From an uncultured delta proteobacterium (lineage in GTDB: Bacteria > Desulfobacterota > Binatia > Binatales > Binataceae), in the NCBI GenBank assembly GCA_963765675.1, contig CAVXXK010000001.1, forward strand, positions 1,632,001 to 1,696,000: a stretch of DNA of 64,000 nucleotides, read 5' to 3'. The position numbers and the translations under genes are program-made. Positions within the stretch are counted from its first letter, which is position 1. Each line of letters starts with the position of its first letter. Shown here in pieces: positions 37,822 to 47,704 of this stretch. Below the pieces are notes generated by a model. It saw nothing but the letters and a program-made list of their open reading frames with translations. It was not told the DNA's origin and searched no databases.

Positions 37822-38988
37822 TCACTTCCGAGTTTCTAATGGCGCGCGGGCTTTGACAAGCACCCTGTTTTCGGACTCGCTAATCCCGAGCTTGATTTCC
37901 TGCGCAACCTCGGGATCATTCTCGCGCCGCAGGGCTCGTTCGAGCGCGCTTAGCGCGGCAGCGCCGCCGAGATTTCCGAGCGCCCATGCGGCGTGTGCGC
38001 GCACGATGGGTTCGTATTCATTTTCCAGAGTGCGCGCGAGGACGGGGACCGCGTCGCGATTCCCCGTGTTGCCCAGGACGATCGCCGCGTTGCGCAACAA
38101 CCCGCGCCGCTTGGTCCTTTTGATCGCGCTGCCCGAGAATCTGCGGCTAAACGCCGCGTCGTCGAGCGCGAGGAGGTCCGGCAGAAACGGTAAGGCGAAC
38201 CGATCGCTATCTTTCTTGGGTTCGTTTTCGGGCGCGTTCCATGGGCACACGTCGTTGCAGATGTCGCAGCCGAAAATCCATTCGCCCAGTTTCGGGCGCA
38301 GCTCGCGCGCGATCGCGCCGCGATGCTCGATCGTCAGGTAGGAGATGCAGACCCGCGGTTCAATCTTATAGCCGTCTTCCAGCGCTCCCGTCGGGCACAG
38401 ATCGACGCATCGCCGGCAGGTGCCGCAATGGTCGCGATAGGCCGCGGCTGGCGCGTCGATTTCGAGGTCGGTAAAAATCTCGGCGAGAAAAAAGTACGAA
38501 CCGTGCGCGCGATTCAGCAGCATCGTGTTGCGCCCAAACCATCCAAGCCCAGCCTGCGACGCCCATTCGCGCTCGAAGACGGGGCCCGTATCGACGTAGG
38601 TGCGCGTGATCGAATCAGGATGCTCGGCCGCGATTGCCGCGGCGACCGACTTCGCTGCGGCGAGGACGTAGTCATGATAATCCGGGCCGAGCGCATACGC
38701 GGCGATTCGTCCGCGCAGCTCCGCGCGCCAATCGATCTCCGGCGGCCGCACGGCTGGGTATGGGTAAGCGAGGCTGACGACGGATTTGAAGCGCGAGTCG
38801 AGGACGCGCGGGTCGATGCGCCGCGCAGGCTCTCGCGCAAGATACTGCATCGTCCCATGGCGGCCGTCGGCGAGCCAATCAGAGAAGAATTCGTCGCGAG
38901 TCGCGAGCGGATGCAGCCGCGCAAAACCCACCATCGCGAATCCTCGAGCACGGGCGGCAGCCTCTGCGATTTTCGTCAATTTGGCCAT
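37822..38988 (-). CDS. queG: epoxyqueuosine reductase
   Basis: DYH, YVDTGP, CGTCRRCVDLCP, CISYLTIE, GCDICNDVCP. Confidence 0.93.
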   Translation of the reverse strand: MAKLTKIAEAAARARGFAMVGFARLHPLATRDEFFSDWLADGRHGTMQYLAREPARRIDPRVLDSRFKSVVSLAYPYPAVRPPEIDWRAELRGRIAAYALGPDYHDYVLAAAKSVAAAIAAEHPDSITRTYVDTGPVFEREWASQAGLGWFGRNTMLLNRAHGSYFFLAEIFTDLEIDAPAAAYRDHCGTCRRCVDLCPTGALEDGYKIEPRVCISYLTIEHRGAIARELRPKLGEWIFGCDICNDVCPWNAPENEPKKDSDRFALPFLPDLLALDDAAFSRRFSGSAIKRTKRRGLLRNAAIVLGNTGNRDAVPVLARTLENEYEPIVRAHAAWALGNLGGAAALSALERALRRENDPEVAQEIKLGISESENRVLVKARAPLETRK

Positions 38989-39038
38989 CGCGATCAAAAA
39001 CCTTAGCATCCGAGCGGCATAATCGAGTCTATAATTGT

Positions 39039-39074
39039 GGAGTCATTGACTCCAGAATTAGGAGTTATTAGGTT
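39039..39074 (+). promoter_or_regulatory. sigma70 promoter with overlapping palindromic operator
   Basis: TTGACT-17-TAGGTT; GGAGTCA-T-TGACTCC and TGACTCC-N7-GGAGTTA. Confidence 0.6.
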
Positions 39075-39126
39075 CAAAGTACCAGAGGCGAGGCGGTCTG
39101 ACCGCATTCGTATCCGGAGGAGAAAG

Positions 39127-39573
39127 ATGGCCGAGGAAATGAATCACGAAGAGCGCCGAGAACTCCATATCGAACATTCTCGCGCGGAAGATTCCGCTCC
39201 GCAAAGTTCTGCTCCGGAAACCACTCCGATTGATAAATCGACTCTCCCCGACGTGAAGCTGACGCCCAAGGCGGTCGAGATGGTCCGCAAGATGCACGCG
39301 AAAGAGGGCCTCGGCGCCGAGCAGGGCATCCGCATCAGCGTGGTCGGTGGAGGATGCTCCGGCTTTCAGTACCAAATCAATTTCGACAAGCAGAAGGACG
39401 GCGACCGGGTGGCGGAGTTCGACGGGATGCGCGTGTATATCGACGATTTCTCGCTGCCATACATCGCCGGCACCACGCTGGATTTCGTCGAGGGCTTGCA
39501 CGGCGCGGGCTTCCGCTTCGACAATCCTCGAGCCAGCCGCACCTGCGGTTGCGGTTCATCGTTCAGCGCCTGA
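39127..39573 (+). CDS. iscA: A-type Fe-S carrier (IscA/ErpA/HesB)
   Basis: GGGCSGFQY, CGCGSSF. Confidence 0.9.
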   Translation: MAEEMNHEERRELHIEHSRAEDSAPQSSAPETTPIDKSTLPDVKLTPKAVEMVRKMHAKEGLGAEQGIRISVVGGGCSGFQYQINFDKQKDGDRVAEFDGMRVYIDDFSLPYIAGTTLDFVEGLHGAGFRFDNPRASRTCGCGSSFSA

Positions 39574-39594
39574 ACGAATTCAGATCGTACATAT

Positions 39595-39632
39595 CGGCCG
39601 TTCGAGTAAGTGCTCGAGCGGCCGTTTTTTTT
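39595..39632 (+). terminator. intrinsic terminator
   Basis: CGGCCGTTCGAG/CTCGAGCGGCCG stem followed by T8. Confidence 0.85.
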
Positions 39633-40057
39633 CACCCTGCGACATATGCGATCGCGGCGCGGAACGCGATGAACCATACCGCGACCGATGCGATCAGGTA
39701 GAGATAAAAGCGCAGCATGATGAGATTGAAGGTGCAGTGAACGGCGCTGTGCATGATGCGAAACGCTACGAAGATCCAAGCGGCGTCAACGTACTCGGCA
39801 TCGACCTGCTTCACGGCGAAGAGATAGAGCACCAGCACGTAGAAGAGCACCGGAATCTCGAACAGGTTCTTAAGATTGTCCGATGGATTTGAGACCGCCG
39901 GCGGCGAGAGTTGCGCGAAAGCCGTCGGAGCCAGATCCTTCTGGCTGAACTTGTTCGCCGTGATGAAACTGATCCGTCTGACGTACATGTATACCCACAC
40001 GGCGAGCGTCAGTAGCATCATCGCGAACATCGGACCGAAGATTGCCGTCTGTTCCAT
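39632..40057 (-). CDS. MAPEG family membrane protein
   Basis: DNLKNLFEIPVLFY, FVAFRIMHS. Confidence 0.88.
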   Translation of the reverse strand: MEQTAIFGPMFAMMLLTLAVWVYMYVRRISFITANKFSQKDLAPTAFAQLSPPAVSNPSDNLKNLFEIPVLFYVLVLYLFAVKQVDAEYVDAAWIFVAFRIMHSAVHCTFNLIMLRFYLYLIASVAVWFIAFRAAIAYVAG

Positions 40058-40178
40058 GTTCACCTCCATCTATCCGAGTAATCGGCTTGGCAGCGGCGAT
40101 TGTGCGGGAACCTTTCGTTCGTCGCAACGCAGCGGCTGATTCTGCGCACGCCGCGCATTGTGCTAAACCGACGCCACG

Positions 40179-40739
40179 ATGCTCGCGGCGCTGCTCTTCT
40201 GGCTCTCGCCCGCGCGGCGGCGATTCATGCGCCGCTACGCCCGTCCCGCGATGGGCGCGATGCGCGCGCGGCTTGCCCGTTTCGGAGCGCCGCAGGCGAT
40301 TGGGTTCGTTTCCATAATCCTGGACGCGAATGCGGAGTTTCTTGCCTATGCGCTCGCGCGCGGCGGACCGCTCGAGCGCTATAGCGATCGCGCGACGCCG
40401 GCCACGGTCGAGGCGTGTCTCGCCGCGATGCTGATTTTCTCGGTCAACATGTTCGCGCGCGATGAAATAGCGAAAAACGAAAGCGAGCTGATCCGCCTGC
40501 TCGCCGCGGTCATCGGATGCGACCCGATGCAGGTGATGCTGCGGCGCGATAATCTTCGCAAGGCGCCTCGGTCGGAAGAGTGGGCGCTCTACACGCAGTT
40601 GATTTCCGCGCTCGGCGGCGAGCGGCCAGCCTACGACGCTGAACTTGAGCGCGCCTTCAGCTTCAACTACCTGTCGTATATCGGGCAATATCGCGGCAGG
40701 CTCGAGCGCGAAGCGGCGCGATTCGATTCCGACAGCTAG
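40179..40739 (+). CDS. hypothetical protein
   Basis: 186-aa ORF ending just before fabG on the same strand. Confidence 0.6.
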   Translation: MLAALLFWLSPARRRFMRRYARPAMGAMRARLARFGAPQAIGFVSIILDANAEFLAYALARGGPLERYSDRATPATVEACLAAMLIFSVNMFARDEIAKNESELIRLLAAVIGCDPMQVMLRRDNLRKAPRSEEWALYTQLISALGGERPAYDAELERAFSFNYLSYIGQYRGRLEREAARFDSDS

Positions 40740-40745
40740 ATCGCA

Positions 40746-41504
40746 ATGGAGACGGCAGTGAAAGATCTCGACGGCAAGGGAATTATCGTGACCGGCGCCA
40801 CGCGCGGAATCGGCAAGGAGATCGCGCTTGAATGCGCGCGGCGCGGCGCGAGGATCGCGTTCAACTACGTCAAGAGCGAGGCGCAGGCCGCCGAGGTCAA
40901 AGCGGAGATCGACGCGCTCGGAGCTTCCGCGCTCGCGTTCAGGTGCGACGTCGGCGATCTCAAGTCGGTGCGCGAGATGGTCAACGCGGTCAAGAAAGAG
41001 TTCGGCGCGATCGACGGTCTGGTCAACAACGCCGGTATCACGCGCGACAAGGTCCTCGTGATGATGAGTGAGGATGATTGGGCCGAGGTTATCCGCACCA
41101 ATCTGACCGGGTCATTCAACTTCGTGCGCGCGGCTGCGTTCATGATGATGAAAGCCAAGCGCGGCTCGATTCTCAACATCACTTCGGTTAGCGGCCTTAT
41201 CGGACTTCCCGGGCAGGTGAACTATTCCGCCGCCAAGGCCGGAGTTATCGGTTTGACCAAGTCGCTGGCGAAGGAAGTTGGCCGTCTCGGCGTGCGCGCC
41301 AACGCGCTCGCACTCGGATTTATCGAAACGGACATGACCGCCTCGCTGCCCGAGGAAAACAAGGCGCAGGCGCTCGCGATGATCCCGCTCGGACGCTTTG
41401 GCCGCGTCACCGACGTGGCGCCGATGGCGGCGTTCCTGCTCTCGGATGCCGCGGCGTACATCACCGGTGCGGTGATCAACGTCGATGGGGGACTCGCGAT
41501 GTAA
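40746..41504 (+). CDS. fabG: 3-oxoacyl-ACP reductase (SDR)
   Basis: TGATRGIG, NNAGITRD, GQVNYSAAK, GFIETDMT. Confidence 0.85.
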   Translation: METAVKDLDGKGIIVTGATRGIGKEIALECARRGARIAFNYVKSEAQAAEVKAEIDALGASALAFRCDVGDLKSVREMVNAVKKEFGAIDGLVNNAGITRDKVLVMMSEDDWAEVIRTNLTGSFNFVRAAAFMMMKAKRGSILNITSVSGLIGLPGQVNYSAAKAGVIGLTKSLAKEVGRLGVRANALALGFIETDMTASLPEENKAQALAMIPLGRFGRVTDVAPMAAFLLSDAAAYITGAVINVDGGLAM

Positions 41505-41530
41505 CGCGACGCGCGTCACCCGCCGCTTCT

Positions 41531-43792
41531 CTACTGCGCTGACAGATGACCCCATTCCTGCTCGCAACTTAAAATGTCGATCCGATCGCCGCGCGCAACC
41601 GCGCGCAGCTTCTTCTGGTAGGCGGCGTCTATCTCACGCGCCTGATGCTTCTCGCGTCCCGGCGTGCGCCATCGGTTGTATGCGTCAGGTCCGCCGTTGT
41701 ACGCCGCATACGCTGAGCGCGCGAGCGCCTCGGTGTCGTAGCGGACCGGATCGAGATGCGGTTTCGAGGCCACGGTTTTGAGCATCTGACCAAGAATCTC
41801 GGTGCCCGCGCCGGCGTTGTAAAGAACGTCCCAGCGCAGCTTGTCGATGTCGTAGAAGCCGCGCCATACGTGCTTGTTCACCTGCATCAGGCCGATGTCG
41901 CCGGTCGAGCTCTCGAGCCACGTGACGCGATCGTTCACTCGCACGAATTGCCGCCAGCAGCTTTCCTGCCACGCCGCGCTCTTGACCAGAAGCTGGAAAG
42001 CCGGGCGATAGCGCGGAGCGAGGCTGGAATCGGCAATCTCGCGCTCTGTGCTGAGCGTCAGCAACTGGTCCATCGTATCGCGATAGGGTCGGGCGTTGGA
42101 TGGATTGACCACCACCCTTCTGAGACGCTGCGCTACTTTGGCCAGCTCCGGAATGATCCCCGGCTCGGCGGCCGCCGCCTCGGTGGGTTCGATTAGCCAC
42201 AACGGGAAACGAAGCCATCGTCCCGCCGCGGCATGCGGTACGGAAGTCGGCGACGCAGACGGTGCGGTCGACACACCCGGCATTGGCGCCGCAGCGGTGG
42301 GTATCGGTAATGGGACATCAGGCGGCAGAGGCTTGATCGATGCGGGCGGTGGTGGCGTTGCGGTTGCGCTCGGAAGGGCGGTCGCGGCCGAAGGCCCGAG
42401 ATCGGATTCCGAGAACGTTGCGACTGCGGATGGCGCGGACACCGGGGATGGGGCCGCCGCCGGCGAGGACTCCGGCGTTGCCGCTGACAAATCGCCAGTC
42501 TCGTCGGGGTTCGCCGAGGGCGGGCTCGAGAGCGGCTCCGTCACTCCGAACATGCCTTTGAGGCTCTTGTCCTCGTCGAAATTAAACTGGAGCGGGTCGC
42601 CGGTTGCGTTGGGCGCCATGATATGCGCGAGGCGGCGAAGATCCTCCGCCGACACGCGCATCCCGAGCGCGGGCGCGGCTTCGTCGAGAGCGAACAACGC
42701 GTCGCCTGCCGAGATGAACGAGAGGAACTGCAAACCCTGCGCGCCAAGCTGTCCGCGCGCGCCGGCGTCGTGCACCGCGACGCCGAGCTCTTGCCAGGTA
42801 TCGAGGAAGAGAGTGCGCACCGGGTCGGGTCCTGCGGCCGACGGCGGTTTCGCGAGCGCGTCGACCAGCCGGAAGCGGCTCTCGATCAGGATCTGCATGA
42901 GCTGATCGCGAAACCGCTGATCGCCGACATTCGCGCCGAGCTGCTTGATCGCAAACACCAGGAACGCGTCCCATTGATTGAGCTGCTTCTGAAACGCCGC
43001 CAGCTCGGCCGGAGTCGGCTCACCCGCCGTTGCCGATACGGCAGGAGGCGGCAGATCCGGCAGCGTGATCACCAGCGTTATCCTGACCCCCTGAGCCAGG
43101 ACCTGGATCTGCGGTTCAGCGCGAACCGTGCTGATCGCGGCCTGGATCCGCGGGACCACGTCCGGCGTAGCCGCCTCCTCGGCCAGCGCGCCGAGCTGTT
43201 GGATCGCGGGATTGAGGTCATAGGTAAAGGTTTCGAGGCCGGGAATCAGGTATTGCTTGATCAGATCGAAGCCCTTTCCCGCGATCAGGGTTTTCTGATG
43301 CGCCGCGTTGTAAAGATTCACGTCAGTGATGCGTATCTTCAGGCGCAATCCCGATGCGATGTATGGCGACGATTCCGCCTCGGCGATTCCGCTCCATGCG
43401 ATCGGGCTGACGCATCGTCCGGCGACCGCGACTCCCAGTCCCAGGCTCGCCGCTGTCTCCAGGCGCAGGCGCGGACTCGCCGACGAAAACGCGGGATTCT
43501 CCGCGTATAGAAACTGGCATTGGTCGGCGCCGTTCCACAGCGCCGCTCTGCCACCCGGCGCGGTGTACATCTGGGCTTTCAGCGCGGCGGCAAGGGTCAG
43601 GTAGTCGATCGTGATCGGCACGCTCACGTCGGCGGCGCGAGCGGCCCGGAGCGGAGATATCGCCGCGAACGCGGCCATTGCGAGCAAAATAAGCGCCGCG
43701 TGCGCACCGCTTTTGAAGTGCGATGCACGTTTATCGACAGCTCCCAAACGCGATTTTCTCCGGTCTGGATTCAGTTTCCTTCCGCGCCGCAT
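41531..43792 (-). CDS. exported protein with Pro/Ala/Ser linker and C-terminal lytic transglycosylase (SLT) domain
   Basis: AWQES, GLMQVN, AYNGG; signal-like helix. Confidence 0.8.
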   Translation of the reverse strand: MRRGRKLNPDRRKSRLGAVDKRASHFKSGAHAALILLAMAAFAAISPLRAARAADVSVPITIDYLTLAAALKAQMYTAPGGRAALWNGADQCQFLYAENPAFSSASPRLRLETAASLGLGVAVAGRCVSPIAWSGIAEAESSPYIASGLRLKIRITDVNLYNAAHQKTLIAGKGFDLIKQYLIPGLETFTYDLNPAIQQLGALAEEAATPDVVPRIQAAISTVRAEPQIQVLAQGVRITLVITLPDLPPPAVSATAGEPTPAELAAFQKQLNQWDAFLVFAIKQLGANVGDQRFRDQLMQILIESRFRLVDALAKPPSAAGPDPVRTLFLDTWQELGVAVHDAGARGQLGAQGLQFLSFISAGDALFALDEAAPALGMRVSAEDLRRLAHIMAPNATGDPLQFNFDEDKSLKGMFGVTEPLSSPPSANPDETGDLSAATPESSPAAAPSPVSAPSAVATFSESDLGPSAATALPSATATPPPPASIKPLPPDVPLPIPTAAAPMPGVSTAPSASPTSVPHAAAGRWLRFPLWLIEPTEAAAAEPGIIPELAKVAQRLRRVVVNPSNARPYRDTMDQLLTLSTEREIADSSLAPRYRPAFQLLVKSAAWQESCWRQFVRVNDRVTWLESSTGDIGLMQVNKHVWRGFYDIDKLRWDVLYNAGAGTEILGQMLKTVASKPHLDPVRYDTEALARSAYAAYNGGPDAYNRWRTPGREKHQAREIDAAYQKKLRAVARGDRIDILSCEQEWGHLSAQ

Positions 43793-43822
43793 ATGTCAAC
43801 CATACGGGATCGCGGAATGTGC

Positions 43823-43851
43823 TTGAAAGGCATATGCGCGGTTACGATAAT
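43823..43851 (+). promoter_or_regulatory. putative sigma70 promoter
   Basis: TTGAAA-17-GATAAT. Confidence 0.55.
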
Positions 43852-43875
43852 TCTTTGAGAGCTGGGTGCGGCAAA

Positions 43876-44391
43876 ATGAGTGCAGAACGACAGACCGACT
43901 TTTACGAGGCCGAGGCGCCGCAAGCGTCGCGCGAGCTGAACGAGCTACGCACCTCGCGTGATTACGTGGCTCCGTTCGAGATCGTGCGGCGCAGGGTGAT
44001 CGACGATCTGTTCGACGGCAAGGCGACAATCGATGCGACCGTCGTGATCCGGATCGGCACGGTTGAAGAAACCGAAGCCGCCAGCGGCGTCGGCGTGGTT
44101 CACGCGCTCGACGTCGCGCTGCGCAAGGCGCTGCTGAAATATTTTCCATTTCTCGAAACCGTCAGGGTCATCGAGACCTACACCCACGCCAGCGGAGATT
44201 CGACCGAAGCCGAAGTCGTGTCGGTCAAGAAATTCTCCGACGGCCATCACGCCTGGACCACGCTCGCCAAGTCGGCCAACACCGTCGAGGCGGGATGGAA
44301 ATCGCTGCTCGACGGCTACGAATGGCGAATCTACACCGAGAATCTGAAGCTCTCGCGGATGGGCGGAAATCCTCGCCTGTCGCGCCGGTGA
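43876..44391 (+). CDS. stand-alone LeuA/CimA allosteric regulatory domain
   Basis: ATVVIRIG..EAASGVGVVHALDVALRKAL..FP..DG..W.T..S.N.VEAGW.SL.D..E. Confidence 0.75.
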   Translation: MSAERQTDFYEAEAPQASRELNELRTSRDYVAPFEIVRRRVIDDLFDGKATIDATVVIRIGTVEETEAASGVGVVHALDVALRKALLKYFPFLETVRVIETYTHASGDSTEAEVVSVKKFSDGHHAWTTLAKSANTVEAGWKSLLDGYEWRIYTENLKLSRMGGNPRLSRR

Positions 44392-44825
44392 GCCCGATGC
44401 CGACAGAAGAAGCCGGCGAGCGAATCGGCAAGGCTTCACCGGGTAAGCTCGCGATCCTTTACGACGGTTCGTGCGTGATGTGCCGCACCAGCGTCGAGGG
44501 GGTGCGCCATTTCGATAATTCAGGACTGATCGAGCCGCTGGATCTCCAGGATCCCGAGGCGCGCGCGCTGTTCCCGGACCTCACGATGGAAGCGCTGCTC
44601 GAAGAGCTGCACGCGGTTGACGATCGCGGGCGAGTGTATCGCGGAGCCCGCGCGATCAACGAAGTGTTGCGGATGCAAAACGGACTGCGCGGAATCCTCG
44701 CCTACTTGTGGTATGTGCCTGGCTACGCGTGGCTGGCCGACCGTCAATACAAGCGAATCGCCGCCAGCCGCTATCAGCGCGACGCCAGCGGCCGCCTGCG
44801 CGAGCCCTCCAAGCCTCAAAGCTGA
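44388..44825 (+). CDS. DCC1-like (DUF393) thiol-disulfide oxidoreductase
   Basis: LYDGSCVMC, GRVYRGA, Y..IA..RY; GTGA overlap with upstream gene. Confidence 0.85.
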   Translation: MSPMPTEEAGERIGKASPGKLAILYDGSCVMCRTSVEGVRHFDNSGLIEPLDLQDPEARALFPDLTMEALLEELHAVDDRGRVYRGARAINEVLRMQNGLRGILAYLWYVPGYAWLADRQYKRIAASRYQRDASGRLREPSKPQS

Positions 44826-44872
44826 CCCGCGTCGCGTTGTGGCACAGGCCTACATCGTTCGCGATGCTGACG

Positions 44873-45150
44873 TGTCATTCCCGCGCGTGGCTGCCGCGCG
44901 AGGAATCCCGTTCTCGCCGTCAGGCTCTCCACTACACCGCGATTAGTGCATGACCGCCTCGGGATTTCTCGCCTACGGCTCGAAATGACAGTTGAGGGCT
45001 CGGCTGAGGCTCCGATACTCATGCACCAAGCCCACATTCGTCATTTCGACCGAAGGGAGAAATCCCGAGGCGGTCATGCACTAACTTGCGAGATGCGCAA
45101 ATGCCAAGAGCCGAGAACGCGATTCCGCGCGCGGCAGCCATCCGCGGAAC
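44873..45150. repeat. four-unit alternating REP-like array (BIME-like)
   Basis: Perfect 28-bp inverted arms 44943-44970/45057-45084 nested inside an outer inverted pair 44873-44916/45112-45150. Confidence 0.85.
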
Positions 45151-45198
45151 GCGTTGTCTCCCGATCATGCTGCGCGGTAAGCTATCAGGCTCACTGCC

Positions 45199-46626
45199 GT
45201 GAAACCTTTTTTCATCTACAACACGCTGTCGCGCTCCGTCGAGGAGTTTCATCCGCAGCATCCTCCGGCCGTCAGCCTCTATTCATGCGGCCCGACCGTC
45301 TATCTGCAGCAGCATCTTGGAAACATTCGCGCTTACCTGTGCTGGGATTTCCTTCGCCGCGCACTCGAGCTCAACGGCTACATCGTCCGTCATGTGATGA
45401 ACGTCACCGATGTCGGTCACATGACCTCCGATGAGGACACGGGCGAGGACAAGATCGAAAAGACCGCGCGCGAGCAGCACAAGACCCCGCTCGAGGTCGC
45501 GAATTTCTATCTCAAGCAGTTCCAGGACGACCTTGCTGCCGTTCATGTCGAGCCACCGCAGGTATGGTGCCGCGCGACCGAGCATATCGACTCGATGATC
45601 GATCTGATCGCGCGGATTATCGCGGCCGGGATGGCCTACGTGACGGCGTCGGGCGTCTATTTCGATGTCGAAAAATATCGCGGTGAGAATCGCGTCGGAA
45701 GGCTCTCGCGCCAGAGCCTTGACGAGCAGAACGCGGGCCAGCGACTTGAGCATTCTCCGGACAAGAGAAGTCCGCACGACTTCGCGCTGTGGGTCCTCGC
45801 GCAGCCTCATCACATGATGCAGTGGGATTCGCCGTGGGGCCGCGGGTACCCCGGATGGCATATCGAGTGCTCTGCGATGTCGATGAAGTACCTGGGCGAG
45901 ACGATCGATATCCATACCGGCGGCATGGATCATATTCCGATTCATCACGAGAACGAGATCGCGCAATCCGAGAGCGCGACGCATCATCCGTTCGTCAGGT
46001 ATTTCGTCCACAACGCGTGGCTGACCGGAAAAGAGGGCGCGAAGATCTCGAAGAGCGCGGGCAAATTTCCGCTCCTCTCCGACGTGACCGCGATGGGAAT
46101 CGATCCGCTGGCGTTCCGGATTTTCTGCATGGGCGCGAAGTACCGCTCCGAGATCGCGCTTTCGGATGAGGGACTGCGCGCCGCGCAATCGAACCTCGAC
46201 TACTTCCGCGAATTCGCGCGCAGCGTTCCCGCTGATGTCGCCTCTGCGGCGGCGGATGCGGACTTCGCGCGCGACTATCAAGAGCGCTTTACCGATGCGC
46301 TCAACAACGATCTCAACACGCCGCAAGCGCTCGCGGTCGCGCTCGATCTGGTGGCCGAGGCTTATCGCCGAGGCGAGCGCACAATCTGGAAGACGCTCTG
46401 CACCTTCGATCGGGTGCTGGCGCTTGGCCTGGCCGAGACTCGCGCCGCCGCGGAGAACGCGGAAATCGCGCCCGAGATCCAGGCTCTGATTGACGATCGC
46501 GCAGCGGCGCGCAAGGCGCGTGATTTCAAGCGCGCGGACCAACTACGCGCCGAACTCGAAGCGCGCGGCTACGAAGTCAAGGATAATCGCGACGGCTCCG
46601 CGCTCTATCAGCTCCGGCACGCATGA
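45199..46626 (+). CDS. cysS: cysteine--tRNA ligase
   Basis: CGPTVY, HLGN, PGWHIECSAMS, HHENEIAQ, KISKS. Confidence 0.95.
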   Translation: MKPFFIYNTLSRSVEEFHPQHPPAVSLYSCGPTVYLQQHLGNIRAYLCWDFLRRALELNGYIVRHVMNVTDVGHMTSDEDTGEDKIEKTAREQHKTPLEVANFYLKQFQDDLAAVHVEPPQVWCRATEHIDSMIDLIARIIAAGMAYVTASGVYFDVEKYRGENRVGRLSRQSLDEQNAGQRLEHSPDKRSPHDFALWVLAQPHHMMQWDSPWGRGYPGWHIECSAMSMKYLGETIDIHTGGMDHIPIHHENEIAQSESATHHPFVRYFVHNAWLTGKEGAKISKSAGKFPLLSDVTAMGIDPLAFRIFCMGAKYRSEIALSDEGLRAAQSNLDYFREFARSVPADVASAAADADFARDYQERFTDALNNDLNTPQALAVALDLVAEAYRRGERTIWKTLCTFDRVLALGLAETRAAAENAEIAPEIQALIDDRAAARKARDFKRADQLRAELEARGYEVKDNRDGSALYQLRHA

Positions 46627-46655
46627 ATTTGCGCCGCAAGGAGGGCTTCCGCGCC

Positions 46656-46685
46656 TTGAACCTTGCGGCCCTGCTCTCTTAGAAT
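46656..46685 (+). promoter_or_regulatory. putative sigma70 promoter
   Basis: TTGAAC-18-TAGAAT. Confidence 0.45.
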
Positions 46686-46770
46686 CGCGGTTTGACCGAG
46701 GATGGCTCGGAGGCCGTCGCGTAGCAGATGCGAACAGGTCTATACAGTTGCAGGTCGTTAAAGGTGACTG

Positions 46771-47637
46771 ATGGGAATTGAGCTCAAGAAATTCGACAAC
46801 CGTTCCAAGGCCGACGGACCCGAGGTAAAGCATCTCGACCCGTCCAATGCGCCTTACTACCTGCCGATCGGCGACGAAGTACAAATCTTCACTGCCGCTT
46901 ACAGCGCCCGGCTGCCCGTCCTGCTGAAGGGACCGACCGGATGCGGCAAAACCCGCTTTGTCGAGCACATGGCGCATCAGCTCGCCGCGCTCGAGAACGG
47001 ACCCAACGAACTTATCACGGTGGCCTGCCACGAAGATCTGACCGGTTCGGACCTGGTCGGACGCTACCTGATCCAGGCTGACGAAACCGTGTGGGTCGAT
47101 GGCCCGCTGACCCAGGCCGTCCGTCGCGGAGCGATCTGCTACCTCGACGAGGTGGTTGAGGCGCGCAAGGACACCACCGTGCTAATCCATCCGCTGTCGG
47201 ACCACCGGCGAATTCTGCCGATCGAGAAGCGCGGCGAGACGATCGAGGCGCACGACGGCTTCCTGCTGGTGATCTCGTACAATCCGGGCTACCAGAGTAT
47301 TCAGAAGAATCTGAAGCATTCGACGCGCCAGCGCTTTGTGACGATCGAGTTCGATTATCCGCCTGCCGTGAAGGAAGTGGATATTATCGCGCACGAGGCG
47401 GGGCTCGACCGCGAGATGGCGATGCAGCTTGCGGTGCTCGGGGAGAAGGTGCGCAACCTGAAAGCGTCGGGACTCGAGGAAGGTGTTTCGACCCGGCTCC
47501 TGATTTATGCTGGTGAGCTGATTCGGCAGGGCATCGCGCCGCGCCGTGCCGCAACCGTCGCGGTCACCTGGTCGTTGACCGATGAAGCCGACAGCAAGCG
47601 CGCGATCGACGAAGTCGTAAAAGCAATTTTTCCGTAG
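46771..47637 (+). CDS. CbbQ/NirQ/NorQ-family AAA+ ATPase
   Basis: [53 protein letters not shown]. Confidence 0.93.
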   Translation: MGIELKKFDNRSKADGPEVKHLDPSNAPYYLPIGDEVQIFTAAYSARLPVLLKGPTGCGKTRFVEHMAHQLAALENGPNELITVACHEDLTGSDLVGRYLIQADETVWVDGPLTQAVRRGAICYLDEVVEARKDTTVLIHPLSDHRRILPIEKRGETIEAHDGFLLVISYNPGYQSIQKNLKHSTRQRFVTIEFDYPPAVKEVDIIAHEAGLDREMAMQLAVLGEKVRNLKASGLEEGVSTRLLIYAGELIRQGIAPRRAATVAVTWSLTDEADSKRAIDEVVKAIFP

Positions 47638-47704
47638 CCGCGGCGGCCCGGTTTAACCCGCGCGCATGGCGCGGCTTGGCTTTGGAGCATAGGCGAGGTT
47701 CGAC

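Noticed and set aside
45100-45199. T-box riboswitch upstream of cysS
   Set aside because: No T-box GGTGGNACCGCG motif or terminator; the leader is occupied by REP-like units
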